DNA of 63,667 bases, the filler included, from Octopus bimaculoides (taxonomy: Eukaryota): the NCBI RefSeq assembly GCF_001194135.2. It is 4 parts of 4 records of this genome, joined end to end, with 100 filler letters (N's around TTAATTAATTAA, not from the genome) between each part and the next. Parts side by side here need not be neighbours in the genome. Positions count along the whole stretch, not along the records: positions 47,450 to 61,195 come from NC_069004.1; positions 61,296 to 63,667 come from NC_068991.1; 2 more parts are not named here. One strand, 5' to 3'. The translations under genes were made by a program, and so were the position numbers. The notes beneath the pieces are model-generated. The model saw nothing but the letters and a program-made list of their open reading frames with translations. It made no database searches and was not told where the DNA came from. The first letter of the stretch is position 1; each line of letters begins with the position of its first letter. Below, in pieces: positions 52,160 through 63,667 of the stretch.

Positions 52160-53670
52160 GCGTTCTATCACGTGACACTAAGTTTCTCCCATCTTTTCCT
52201 CACGTGATGCCAAAGTTTACCACAACCTTTTCGTAAGTATGCTTAAGAAACTCTCCAATTCTTTTCCGCGTCGAACCAGGATTACCGCAATTCTTTCTCA
52301 CGTGGTAAGATTGAGTAAACTCTTTCACACGTGATACCAAAGAGCCTTTCTTACATGAAACAGGAAATGCCTTACTTCTTTCTCACGTGTTACCAAATTT
52401 GCTTCAAGCTTTTCTGACGTAGGAGCAGTGATTAAACTTGATTGTTTTGACTTTTTCTCTTATGATACCATTGTTGTCCTAAATATTCACGTGAGGGCAA
52501 TATTGTCTTGTTTCTTTCTCACGCAAAACCAGGTTTGTCCTACATCCTTAAGTGTTACTAATATTATCTTAAAACTTACTCACGTGACATCAGCTCAGTC
52601 TGACCAAATACAAGAGTGTTTTTGACTAGATGTTTTTAACTCTTTCTGAGATTTGTCTTAATTAGTTCCGAGTATCATAATTCTTTCTCACACATCTCCT
52701 GGGTTGACAGAATCCTTTCTCATGTGATATTAAAGATTCTTTTAATTCTTTTTGACATGGAGTTAAGCCTTGTCTTCATTTCAGTCTAGCATAAATACCG
52801 GAATTGTCGGAACTCGTTCTGACGCGATACAAAGTATTGTTTTAACTTCTCACCTGATGCAACAATGGTCTTGATTCTTTCATACGTTATAAACAGAACT
52901 GTCTTACCTCAATCCAACGCAACATCAAGATTATTCGAACTCATTCAGACAGGATAATTGGATTGATTTAACTCTTTATGACAATATCAAAATTGCACTA
53001 ACTGATCAATCACCAGCGGAGAAAACATCAAAATCACCCAAGAAAGCACGAAAATTGCTTGACAAGATACCGAAATGGTCTCAGGTGAAAAAGATAAATT
53101 TACCTGACAAAACTAGCAAAATGTCTTAATTTGCTCAACTGTCTAGGCACCAAGATCGATTCAATTGATAAAACACCAACATTGCTTGGTAGAAACTATG
53201 ATTGCCGAAACGACACAAAAATTGCTTTCAACAGATAAAAGGCCATGGTTCGTCAAGTAACCAGACACCAATATTATCGTTATAAACAAAACACCAAGAT
53301 ACCAAGATTGGGGTTTCCTGGTATCTGAGCTAGGTAGTAATCAGCCCGTTTCGCTGTCATTCCCAGGGCACCTATGACAATAGGTATTGTTTTCGTCTTC
53401 AGATTCCACATTTTGCTTGATAGACATCAAGATTACTTGTCAAGACATCAGATTTGCTTGAAAAGGCAGCTCGATTACTTACAAGACAACGAATTGCCTC
53501 AACTACNNNNNNNNNNNNNNNNNNNNNNNNNNNNNNNNNNNNNNNNNNNNNNNNNNNNNNNNNNNNNNNNNNNNNNNNNNNNNNNNNNNNNNNNCCCCCC
53601 AAAAAAACATACCAAGATTGCTTCGATTGGCAAAATATCGAGATTACCTCAGATGACAAGTCCCTAGATC
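52160..53670. repeat. Degenerate ~30-33-bp tandem array with a CACGTG core, grading into an ACAYCAAGATT-type array
   Basis: Exact CACGTG at 52169, 52201, 52299, 52328, 52384, 52488 and 52581, with in-register variants; consensus approximately TTCTTTCTCACGTGATACCAAGATT. Confidence 0.75.
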
Positions 53671-54044
53671 ACCACAAGTAATTAATTAACAAGTAATTAA
53701 CTAACAAGTTAACCGGAGTTCCTCAACAATAACAATTGTAAAGACAAATTTACATTTTAATGTATTTTAATCGACAGTCGACGAGGTGGTCATCAGACAG
53801 AGATTTCATTATGTACAACGAACGTATATTAAAAAACAAAACAAAACCCCTTTATATAATAACAGTACAGCCATTACAGTGACGTGTACGTATTAAAGAA
53901 CATATGAATAAGACTGAATAACGACAACAATAGCAAGAACCACAATCATTGTACACGTGACCAGAGAAGCGCGCGTGGAATTGATCCCGATATTGGAGAC
54001 GTACGAGATGTTCAGAGATCTGCCAGTCAATAGGGATAACATTC

Positions 54045-54116
<72 letters not shown>

Positions 54117-54159
54117 ACAGCAGCAATCGTTGCAAGAAAAATATTAGGAAATACAGCAT

Positions 54160-54194
<35 letters not shown>

Positions 54195-54204
54195 ACAATA
54201 ATAA

Positions 54205-54590
54205 TAATAATTTCAAATTTTAGTAACAAGGGCAGCTCGGGGGGAGGTGGGGATGAATCAATTAGATCTATCCCAGTGCCCAACTGGTACTTATTTTATT
54301 GACCCCAAAAGAATGAAAGGCTAGTCGACCTCAGCGGAATTTGATCTCAGAATGTAAGGACGGACAAAATGCCACTAAGCATTCCGTCCGGCGTGCTAAC
54401 GATTGGGCCATGTCGCCAATAATTATTCTTTCAGGCTCATGGCCCGAAATTTAGGGGCAAGAGACTGGTTGGTTACAAGGACGCTCAATGCTCGATCCGA
54501 AAGGAATGAAAAGCAAAAGTGATTTCGGCTGGATTTGAACTCAGAATGTGAAGAACGAAAAGATATACCGCAAAACATTTAGAAATGACT
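54205..54590 (-). mobile_element. Two tandem SINE family C copies within (ACT)n/(AAT)n
   Basis: Copy 1 at 54205-54418, then AATAATTATT, then copy 2 at 54425-54590. Confidence 0.8.
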
Positions 54591-54890
54591 GAGGAAATTC
54601 TGTGAACTTGGCAACGAAAAGAGGGCGGAATGGTACCGTGAATTCGGAAGTAACAAGATCCCAGTCGAAAAAAAAAAGAGATAGAAAATAAATCATTAGA
54701 CTGGTAAATAAAAGAAGAGCTCATCAAAAGAAGTCTACACAGTTCAGAGGTAAATGAAAGAACTCTCTAAAAACCCTCAGAGTGGCGGAACAAATATCGC
54801 GAAGCGTTCTGCCTATCGCTCTAATGACGCTCTCCCAGTTTGCTTGCTATTACAAAGTTTACTTTCAATACTATAGAAAAAAACTGCAGG

Positions 54891-54942
<52 letters not shown>

Positions 54943-55620
54943 GGCATGATAGNNNNNNNNNNNNNNNNNNNNNNNNNNNNNNNNNNNNNNNNNNNNNNNN
55001 NNNNNNNNNNNNNNNNNNNNNNNNNNNNNNNNNNNNNNNNNNNNNNNNNNNNNNNNNNNNNNNNNNNNNNNNNNNNNNNNNNNNNNNNNNNNNNNNNNNN
55101 NNNNNNNNNNNNNNNNNNNNNNNNNNNNNNNNNNNNNNNNNNNNNNNNNNNNNNNNNNNNNNNNNNNNNNNNNNNNNNNNNNNNNNNNNNNNNNNNNNNN
55201 NNNNNNNNNNNNNNNNNNNNNNNNNNNNNNNNNNNNNNNNNNNNNNNNNNNNNNNNNNNNNNNNNNNNNNNNNNNNNNNNNNNNNNNNNNNNNNNNNNNN
55301 NNNNNNNNNNNNNNNNNNNNNNNNNNNNNNNNNNNNNNNNNNNNNNNNNNNNNNNNNNNNNNNNNNNNNNNNNNNNNNNNGTGCTCATGGGAACTGCCCA
55401 TATCCTACGTAAAATACTGTCTATGTGATCTCAAATTTTAAAGCAAACACATAATTTTCTTATGGTTTCTTAAACATTCAGTTGAACAAAACTGTACAAA
55501 TCCAAATATATGGTACCCTAGGCATAACACCTACATGAACTTCTAACTTGTTGTCTCTTGAGGTCTCTGGGTGAGACTTGGATCCAACTTGTACAAATGC
55601 AAAACAAAAGTCAAACATAA
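54943..55620 (+). mobile_element. R4/Dong-like RLE element copy 1 (5'-truncated, middle in gap, 3' UTR present)
   Basis: (AAT)n-GGCATGATAG (start of the RHD motif), gap, VLMGTAHILRKILSM*, ~190-bp UTR, (AAT)n. Assumes both sides of the gap belong to one copy. Confidence 0.75.
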
Positions 55621-55654
<34 letters not shown>

Positions 55655-56030
55655 TCCGCTAGGAATTATCCTAGCGGCAGAAGACCAGAATCTCCTCAGT
55701 CGGAACTATCAAGCTAATGTCGCATACAATGAGGTAGACACAAAGTGTAGACTCTGCAATGACATACTTGAGAGTATTGACCACATTGTTGCTGGTTGCT
55801 CAGTCCTTGCCTCTACAGAGTACAAAAGCAGGCATGATCGAGTTGGTCAATACTTGTACTGGAGCGTATACCATCACTATGATATCCTGCACTCTAAGAA
55901 CTGGTATGAACGCCACCCAGAGCCATTCAGAACCAGAGAGAGTGTTATCATTCTATGGGATTATGGAATACATAGAGTCAGGCAAATAAATGATAACAGA
56001 CCAGACATCGTCATTAAAGATTAAAGAATG
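55655..56030 (+). mobile_element. R4/Dong-like RLE element copy 2 (CCHC plus start of RLE)
   Basis: Uninterrupted frame 55662-56024 GIILAAEDQNLL...KCRLCNDILESIDHIVAGC...RHDRVGQYLYW...ILWDY...NRPDIVIKD*, absent from the ORF track because it lacks an ATG. Confidence 0.88.
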
Positions 56031-56054
56031 CACAGGAAGAATGCAAGGAATGGA

Positions 56055-56562
56055 GACACGACCAGGTTGTAAAATTTTACACTGGAAACTGTGCCAGAAA
56101 TGGGGATTTGAAGCTGGAAACCCATGGCACAATCGTCGAGTCGAAGAAATGTAAGATTTTGTGGGACTTTCCAATTCAGAAAATTATAGACCGGACATAA
56201 CAATTATTAATAAAGAAAAGCGAAGTTGTTTACTAATCGACCCATCATGCCTGTTTGATTCCAAGATCGTAATGAAAGAGTACGAGAAAAAAAACCCACC
56301 CCCAAAATACAATACCTTAAAATTTGAAATAAGAAAATTTCGGAGCATGAGAATAGTAAAGGTGGTGCCTATAATAATTAGTGCGTCGGAAACCGTAAGC
56401 CAAGATATAGACAAATGGCTGAAGGAGATTGGAATAGAATGTTCGGTAGAGCCCCTACAGAAAGTTTGTCCCTTAGGGAGAGCAAGGATTATCAGAAAGG
56501 TTCTAAGCCCTTGGAAGACGCTGAAAACTTGTGGATAGCTAAGGATATAGATAGCCGCCTGT
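56055..56562 (+). mobile_element. R4/Dong-like RLE element copy 3
   Basis: HDQVVKILHWKLCQKWG...ILWDF...YRPDITIINKEKRSCLLIDPSCLFD...KE...LQKVCPLGRARIIRKVL. Confidence 0.85.
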
Positions 56563-56942
56563 NNNNNNNNNNNNNNNNNNNNNNNNNNNNNNNNNNNNNN
56601 NNNNNNNNNNNNNNNNNNNNNNNNNNNNNNNNNNNNNNNNNNNNNNNNNNNNNNNNNNNNNNNNNNNNNNNNNNNNNNNNNNNNNNNNNNNNNNNNNNNN
56701 NNNNNNNNNNNNNNNNNNNNNNNNNNNNNNNNNNNNNNNNNNNNNNNNNNNNNNNNNNNNNNNNNNNNNNNNNNNNNNNNNNNNNNNNNNNNNNNNNNNN
56801 NNNNNNNNNNNNNNNNNNNNNNNNNNNNNNNNNNNNNNNNNNNNNNNNNNNNNGCATACAACGAGTTTCTCTGCCCTATGTGTACGGAAAACACTCGGCG
56901 AGAAATGGAAGAAAATTTGAAGAAAGAAGAAAAAAAAACAAC

Positions 56943-56994
<52 letters not shown>

Positions 56995-56996
<2 letters not shown>

Positions 56997-57275
56997 GGGT
57001 AGGACAGTATTTACAATGGAAAATATGTAAACACTACAAAATCAGCACTCCTGCTTACTGGTACGAACATCATCTTGAGCCAGTCGTTGAAGGTAAAAAT
57101 GTCACTATCCTCTAGGATTTTCCAGTGAACACTGATCCAGGCTAATCGACCAGACATAATTATTAAAGACAGAGAAAGAAATACTTGTAGACTAATAGAT
57201 GTAAGTGTTCCCACTGATAAAACTATATCTGTAAAGGAATTTGACAAATTAAGTGAATATAAGGAACTGGAAATT
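56995..57275 (+). mobile_element. R4/Dong-like RLE element copy 4 after (AAT)n
   Basis: RVGQYLQWKICKHY...WYEHHLEPVVE...NRPDIIIKD...LIDVSVPTD...KEFDKLSEYKELEI. Confidence 0.85.
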
Positions 57276-57838
57276 GACGCCTTTCGCTCTATCAGGCCAA
57301 CTGAGATTAATGGTGACACCAACACCCGTAATACGACCAGGATGATCGCAGATGTTCCCCCCCAGAGTGTTGAAACCATCTGTCTCAACTTAGTTACATC
57401 AGCTGGCTCGATGTTTGGGTCAACATAAATTGAATGTGGTTAATTCACCCAACGGATTTCCATTTGCGATTCGTTTCAGAAATGTTAAGAAAACGAGCCT
57501 TTAAAAAAAAAAAAAAAAGTGAATGGTAAAAGGGTACGAAAAATGGATCGTCTATAACAATGTGAAGCGCAAACGATCATAGAAGAAGCGCAGTGAACCA
57601 CCACGAACAAACTCAAAGCAAGATTTCACCTGAAGAAGTTTTTGCTTCTTCCGACAGACAGGACGTCCCAATTTGTACTGTGACTGGTTGGACAAATTAA
57701 AGGTGGTGATACAACACCGCACACCTCTTTGCAGACGTGGCAGAAGTTATTGGAGTTTGGCGATAACTTTTATCACACTCCCCATATTCGCCCGACCTTC
57801 CGCCTTCAGATTTTCACCTCTTTCTGTCTCTTAAAATC
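57276..57838 (+). pseudogene. Mariner transposase remnant with internal deletions
   Basis: DAFRSIRPTE (cf. DAPRSGRP), LDVWV (WVPH), EKWIVYNNVKRKRS, PHTSLQTWQKLLEFG, HSPYSPDLPPSDFHLFLSL. No TIRs seen. Confidence 0.88.
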
Positions 57839-58109
57839 CCGTATATATACATACATATTTATATACATGCATACTTATGTATATGCATATGTATATATGT
57901 ATGTACATTGAAGAGGATGTAAACATTCATCTGGCAGAGTTTTTCGTGAATAAAGACAAGAAATTCTTTGAGCAGGATATAATGGATCTGCCCCCAAGAT
58001 GGCGGGAGGATACTGGAATGAAACAGTGATTGTATCATTGATTGGATAAATCGCTTTGTGTTTCAAACTTGTGTTTTGTTTTCGCTTAAAAACAAAGAAA
58101 CTGAATGGA

Positions 58110-58284
58110 TCTTTTGGCATAAGGCTTGCAATTTCGACCCCAGTGCTCAATTGGTACGTATTTTCTAGATCTCGAAAGGATGAAAGGCAAAGTTGACTCC
58201 GGGCGGGGGTCAACGTGAAGACGGACGAAACACTGCCAGGCATTTTGTCCGGCGTGCTAACGATTCTGCCAGCTCACCGCCTTA
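58110..58284 (-). mobile_element. SINE family C
   Basis: GAAAGGATGAAAGGCAAAGTTGAC...GGCGTGCTAACGATTCTGCCAGCTCACCGCCTT. Confidence 0.85.
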
Positions 58285-59184
58285 ACTTCACAGATTTAGT
58301 CACTTTGAACAAAGATCAGAAGTGCGAACTGACCTAAATTTCAGACAAATTCTTGACCGTATTAGATTCCTGATGGTCATTTGTAGGTAAACTATCAAGG
58401 CTCGAAATCTGAATTGGCTGAAATTTGAAATAAGTTTTTGTCCGTATGAACTTCCTGATTGTCAGATGTATGAACATTTCCAAAGTTCAATGATTAATTT
58501 GTAAAAGTTCGAAGCGGAAATCACCAGTGCCCGGACAAATGGTCGAAGAGTTAAACGAAGAGCTTCCAATCTTACCATTCTTACTAATCACTTTACCATT
58601 ACCACTAATTGCCACAACATTCCAGATAGGAGTATTCTGCCCAAAGCATTTTCAGAGATACATCCTAAACGTTCATGTTTTCTTTCAGACATCTAGTTAC
58701 TCCTTGTTATGAATAATATAAGGGTTTCCCCTTCATAAGTCCTAAGTTACGCTTGTGGTTGAAAAGTGAAGTGGGAATATGTATCATATATGGCGCATGA
58801 ACACCAGGTAAATATGTCCGGTGTTTCACATGTGTTACACAGAACAAGCAAAACGTTAAACGCGTCTAAGAAAGAACTTTAATAATTCCAGTTCTGAACA
58901 AATTTTAGTTGTCTGATGTCACATCAACGTTCTAAGACAGTGTCTCTCTTTTCCTAAAGACTAATGAGCATCGTCGTAGAAATCTGTTACTTTGTTTATG
59001 CTTCCATTTGAGCATACGTCATTATCATCAAGATTACGATGTCTGTCCGGTTTCCCAATTGTACCAAAGCCGAATCTAAGGATTTTGACGAGGGATCAAT
59101 TTACAGTCACTGTAGAGTACTTGTGATAAAATATAGTACGCATCTGATGCCTTCTTGTCAAGGATTTAAATATATTAGATCTAT

Positions 59185-59230
<46 letters not shown>

Positions 59231-59590
59231 AACAATCGGAGACCATTGTAAAATATGGCGCATTGCGCACATCGGTTAATGAGCGCGTTGTTTGGTTGCA
59301 AGATGACACAGTTATAACTTCTCAGGACCACCACAAACATATACATTATGATATTTAAATACTTCATAGTCTATGCCTATGCACACATACACACACACAC
59401 ACACACATGTATGTATGCGTCTATATGTATATATATGTATGTACCTATATATATATTATAAGTATGTATGTATGCATTTACATCTATGCATATATATATA
59501 TATATGTAAATATGTGTGTATGTATATATATATATATGTTGATATAAATAAATACACACACATAGACACACATCTATGTATCCTTTAAAT

Positions 59591-59961
59591 ATTTCATTCA
59601 CTGGATTGTGGCCATGCTGGGGTACCACCTTGAAAGTGTTCAGCCAAACAAATCGACACCAGTACTTACGTTTTCCAAAGTCTGGTACTTATTCTATCGA
59701 TCTCTTTTGTCAAACTGCTATGTTAGACGGACGTAAACAAACAAGCGTTGGGACGACACACGCACACACATAAGCAATCTCTAACTCTCTCTATCTACGG
59801 CGAGCTTCCACACAGTTTCCGTCAACCACATCCACTCAGAAATAGTTGGTCAACCCGGAGCTATAGTAAAAAAGACTTGACCAAGGCGCAGTGACGTGCC
59901 ATGCCGCAGGACGGGATCCCAAACTACGTGACTTCATAGCTGGCTCCTTTATCACACAGCC
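59591..59961 (-). mobile_element. SINE family B, full length, diverged
   Basis: GGCCATGCTGGGGTACCACC...CACAGTTTCCGTCAACC...ATCACACAGCC. Confidence 0.8.
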
Positions 59962-60517
59962 TTATATTTGATGGAACTTCAAAGCCATTTAAATTTCGAT
60001 GAAGTGGGACAGATATTAGAAATCAAATATTTAAAACACAATCATTGATCATATTCCCAAAAATTCTGATGGCCTACTTTCTAATTGTCACATACCAAAT
60101 GCCTTAACGTGATGATTATAAAGGCCACGCCATACGTAAAATGTTAATGCAAGCACCTTCCGTAATATGTTAATACTAACCGTATTCATATACTTACATA
60201 TTACTAAACACGTTAATTAAATATATTGTAATTAATACATATTTAGGTGTTACGTTAATATGGTCATCTCAATATATCATACAGCCGTTAACGATATCAT
60301 ACATCGTACATCACGTACATATTCTGCAATCATACACGTACATATATATATACACAACGAACTTATCATAAAAGACATATACATAGATACACCCACATGT
60401 GGAATATATTCATGCATGAATATACATAAATATATGTGAAAATAAATTTGTACATATATATATATATCTTTCCAGCTCTGTTTCATTTTATATCTTTATC
60501 ATTCCCCATCTCTTTCT

Positions 60518-60572
<55 letters not shown>

Positions 60573-61133
60573 NNNNNNNNNNNNNNNNNNNNNNNNNNNN
60601 NNNNNNNNNNNNNNNNNNNNNNNNNNNNNNNNNNNNNNNNNNNNNNNNNNNNNNNNNNNNNNNNNNNNNNNNNNNNNNNNNNNNNNNNNNNNNNNNNNNN
60701 NNNNNNNNNNNNNNNNNNNNNNNNNNNNNNNNNNNNNNNNNNNNNNNNNNNNNNNNNNNNNNNNNNNNNNNNNNNNNNNNNNNNNNNNNNNNNNNNNNTA
60801 TATATATATATATAGCTGTTCAGACATATTCCTTAAATAATGTAATGATATTAAACAGATATATACCAATAGCCAAGTTGTGATATTTGGGGTATCACCA
60901 GACAACTTGTATCCTTGCTTTATTGTAACCATTCTAAAAGTTACGAAAGTACTATAAATCATTTTTAAAGAAATATTAGAAATGGAATAGTTATTAAACC
61001 ATTATGTGCATATTCCACATATATGTTTGCATATAAATCCACTGCCTATACTGACACACACACCCGTATGTATGGACATACACACCTATGTATGTGCATA
61101 CACAGACACACACACACGTAGACACACACACGT

Positions 61134-61195
<62 letters not shown>

Positions 61196-61295
61196 NNNNN
61201 NNNNNNNNNNNNNNNNNNNNNNNNNNNNNNNNNNNNNNNTTAATTAATTAANNNNNNNNNNNNNNNNNNNNNNNNNNNNNNNNNNNNNNNNNNNN

Positions 61296-61441
61296 AAATC
61301 GACCCCAGGACTTATTCTTTGTAAGCCTAGTACTTATTCTATTGGTCTCTTTTGCCGAACCGCTAAGTTACGGGGACGTAAACACACCAGCATCGGTTGT
61401 CAAGCGATGTTGGGGGGACAAACACAGACACACAAACACAT

Positions 61442-61472
<31 letters not shown>

Positions 61473-61628
61473 CATATATACGACGGGCTTCTTTCAGTTT
61501 CCGTCTACCAAATCCACTCACAAGGCTTTGGTCGGCCCGAGGCTATAGTAGAAGGCACTTGCCCAAGATGCCACGCAGTGGGACTGAACCCGGGACCATG
61601 TGGTCGGTAAGCAAGCTACTTACCACAC
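61296..61628 (-). mobile_element. SINE family B, young CpG-intact copy
   Basis: GACGGGCTTCTTTCAGTTTCCGTCTACCAAATCCACTCACAAGGCTTTGGTCGGCCCGAGG...GGGACTGAACCCGGGACCATGTGG. Confidence 0.9.
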
Positions 61629-62722
61629 GTGAGTGTATATGCGTATGTATATATCTATGTATGTAAGCGTGTGTGTGTATATACTCGAGAGCCTACATTT
61701 ACCGCCAAACACATACATACAAGCACACACACACACACACGTACACAAACAAACACGCGCGCGCGCACACAACAACAAAAAGGTACTCAAGACATGTCGT
61801 AGAGTAGTTGAAGCCATATCGCCTTGTCTCTTGAGTTTCCTCGATTCAGGACGCTCCACCAAACAGGTTTAGTTCAACCGGATCCATTATAACAAAACGC
61901 CGCATAGTCAATAACAAACAACAATCTAGAATTTATTTCAACGTCCCAATAATTTTTTTATGCGAAGTTTCATTGATAGTAAAATCTATCGTATCGTTAA
62001 CGATGTCGTATGCATCATTCCGTTTATTGGTATTATTCTTTTATTCTTTTATTCTTTTACTCTTTTACACGTTTCAGTAATTTTACTGCGGCCATGCTGG
62101 AGCACCGCCTTAAAGGGTTTTTTTTCGTCGCACACATGCATACACCCCCACCCCCCACATACGTACTAGTGCTAACACGCTATCTTTAAGATAGCATGTT
62201 TTACATTGGTTTGATATCATTGTATCATATATTCCTATAAGGCACATGCATGAGTGTATCGGAGTGTGTCTGTGTTTATATATATATATATATANNNNNN
62301 NNNNNNNNNNNNNNNNNNNNNNNNNNNNNNNNNNNNNNNNNNNNNNNNNNNNNNNNNNNNNNNNNNNNNNNNNNNNNNNNNNNNNNNNNNNNNNNNNNNN
62401 NNNNNNNNNNNNNNNNNNNNNNNNNNNNNNNNNNNNNNNNNNNNNNNNNNNNNNNNNNNNNNNNNNNNNNNNNNNNNNNNNNNNNNNNNNNNNNNNNNNN
62501 NNNNNNNNNNNNNNNNNNNNNNNNNNNNNNNNNNNNNNNNNNNNNNNNNNNNNNNNNNNNNNNNNNNNNNNNNNNNNNNNNNNNNNNNNNNNNNNNNNNN
62601 NNNNNNNNNNNNNNNNNNNNNNNNNNNNNNNNNNNNNNNNNNNNNNNNNNNNNNNNNNNNNNNNNNNNNNNNNNNNNNNNNNNNNNNNNNNNNNNNNNNN
62701 NNNNNNNNNNNNNNNNNNNNNN

Positions 62723-62780
<58 letters not shown>

Positions 62781-62869
62781 AGGATACACTGACATAAAAA
62801 TACACACACATACCTTTTTGTGTGAGTGCGCGCGCATGAGCACGTGTGTCTGGGAGAAATATCGTCTCT

Positions 62870-63000
62870 TTAAACATTGTCTAATTGGGAACGGATTTCG
62901 CCATCTAATCGTGCCGTAGTCAATTGAAAATGCACAGCCCAGACACGAACCGAGCGCGTGCTAGGATCTAAAGCAGTCTCGAAATTGGACACACGCTGGC
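62870..63000 (-). CDS. Candidate terminal coding exon of unknown product
   Basis: Acceptor TCCTTCTCTTCTTAGCATCTTTTAG| then 42 open codons QRVSNFETALDPSTRSVRVWAVHFQLTTARLDGEIRSQLDNV*; GC-richer unique island. No recognised homology. Confidence 0.2.
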
Positions 63001-63199
63001 CTAAAAGATGCTAAGAAGAGAAGGATATATGCCGAAGACGCTGTTCTTGTGATCAATACATTAAAGTGACCGTGATGATGGGAAATGGTTTAGAGTTGGG
63101 CAGATTCTCTTATATTTTGATGTATGTAACCTTTAAACATGTTTCCTTTTGTCTGTTGCACGTTTTAGAGAATTTTAATATCTTTCAGTTTGTGTGTGT

Positions 63200-63250
<51 letters not shown>

Positions 63251-63436
63251 CGTGTGCACGCGTGCACTTGCGTACATATATGTATGTATGTAAGTATGTA
63301 TGTGTGTGTGTATGTATATATATATATGTGTGAGTGTGTGTGCAACATACACAGATGCATGTGTGCATGTGTATGCATGTACGTACGTACGTGTGTGTGT
63401 GTGTGTGTGTGTTTGTGTGTGTGTATATGTATTCTT

Positions 63437-63667
63437 TTATTCTTTTATTCCTTTATTTGTTTCAGTCATTTGACTGCGGCCATGCTGGAGCACCGCCTAT
63501 AGTCGAACAAATCAACCACAGGACTTATTCTTTGTAAGCCTAGTACTTATTCTATCGGCTCCTTGTGCCGAACCGCTAAATTACGAGTACGTAAACACAC
63601 CAACATCGGTTGTCAAGCGAGGGTGGGGCTACAAACACAGACACACAAGCATATATATATATATATA
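63437..63667 (-). mobile_element. SINE family B, 3' part, continues beyond the window
   Basis: GACTGCGGCCATGCTGGAGCACCGCC...GGACTTATTCTTTGTAAGCCTAGTAC...CATCGGTTGTCAAGCG. Confidence 0.88.

Noticed and set aside
52160-52900. CRISPR array
   Set aside because: Units are highly degenerate, the variable part is only ~11 bp, the context is eukaryotic and there are no cas genes.
53950-54045. Short CpG-rich island with a protein-like frame TREARVELIPILETYEMF
   Set aside because: Too short, with no acceptor context and no homology that I recognise.
48682-62919. Long ORFs containing X runs
   Set aside because: They are open only because they cross N gaps.
63200-63260. (TG)n(CG)n Z-DNA-prone tracts (also ~15180, 19010, 20790)
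   Set aside because: Ubiquitous microsatellite by-products with nothing locus-specific.

Overview
AT-rich, repeat-saturated metazoan genomic DNA. The SINE, RTE and microsatellite repertoire looks octopus-like (inference from family recognition; no database search was run). No intact host gene, rRNA, tRNA gene or CRISPR array can be supported, and most ORFs in the supplied track are microsatellite or N-gap artefacts. Supported content: at least three tRNA-derived SINE families (my labels A, B, C); RTE LINE fragments; a Jockey/I-like LINE relic; R4/Dong-like restriction-endonuclease (RLE) retrotransposons, including a head-to-tail stack of four 3' fragments in (AAT)n at 54.9-57.3 kb; two divergent LINE ORF1-only segments tail-to-tail at 3.6-6.6 kb; an internally deleted Ty3/Gypsy element with LTR and PBS; two mariner relics; and several MITE/foldback elements, one with nested inverted repeats around a telomeric-repeat palindrome. 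The best leads are a ~32-bp-period CACGTG (E-box) array at 52.2-53.7 kb, the microsatellite-targeting retroelement stack, a degenerate minimal hammerhead ribozyme motif at 2.8 kb, and a CpG-depleted domain (~29.5-43.4 kb, weaker to 47.3 kb) that may mark a methylated gene body. Three 100-bp scaffold linkers (N44-TTAATTAATTAA-N44) make long-range adjacency uncertain. Coordinates of degenerate elements are approximate.
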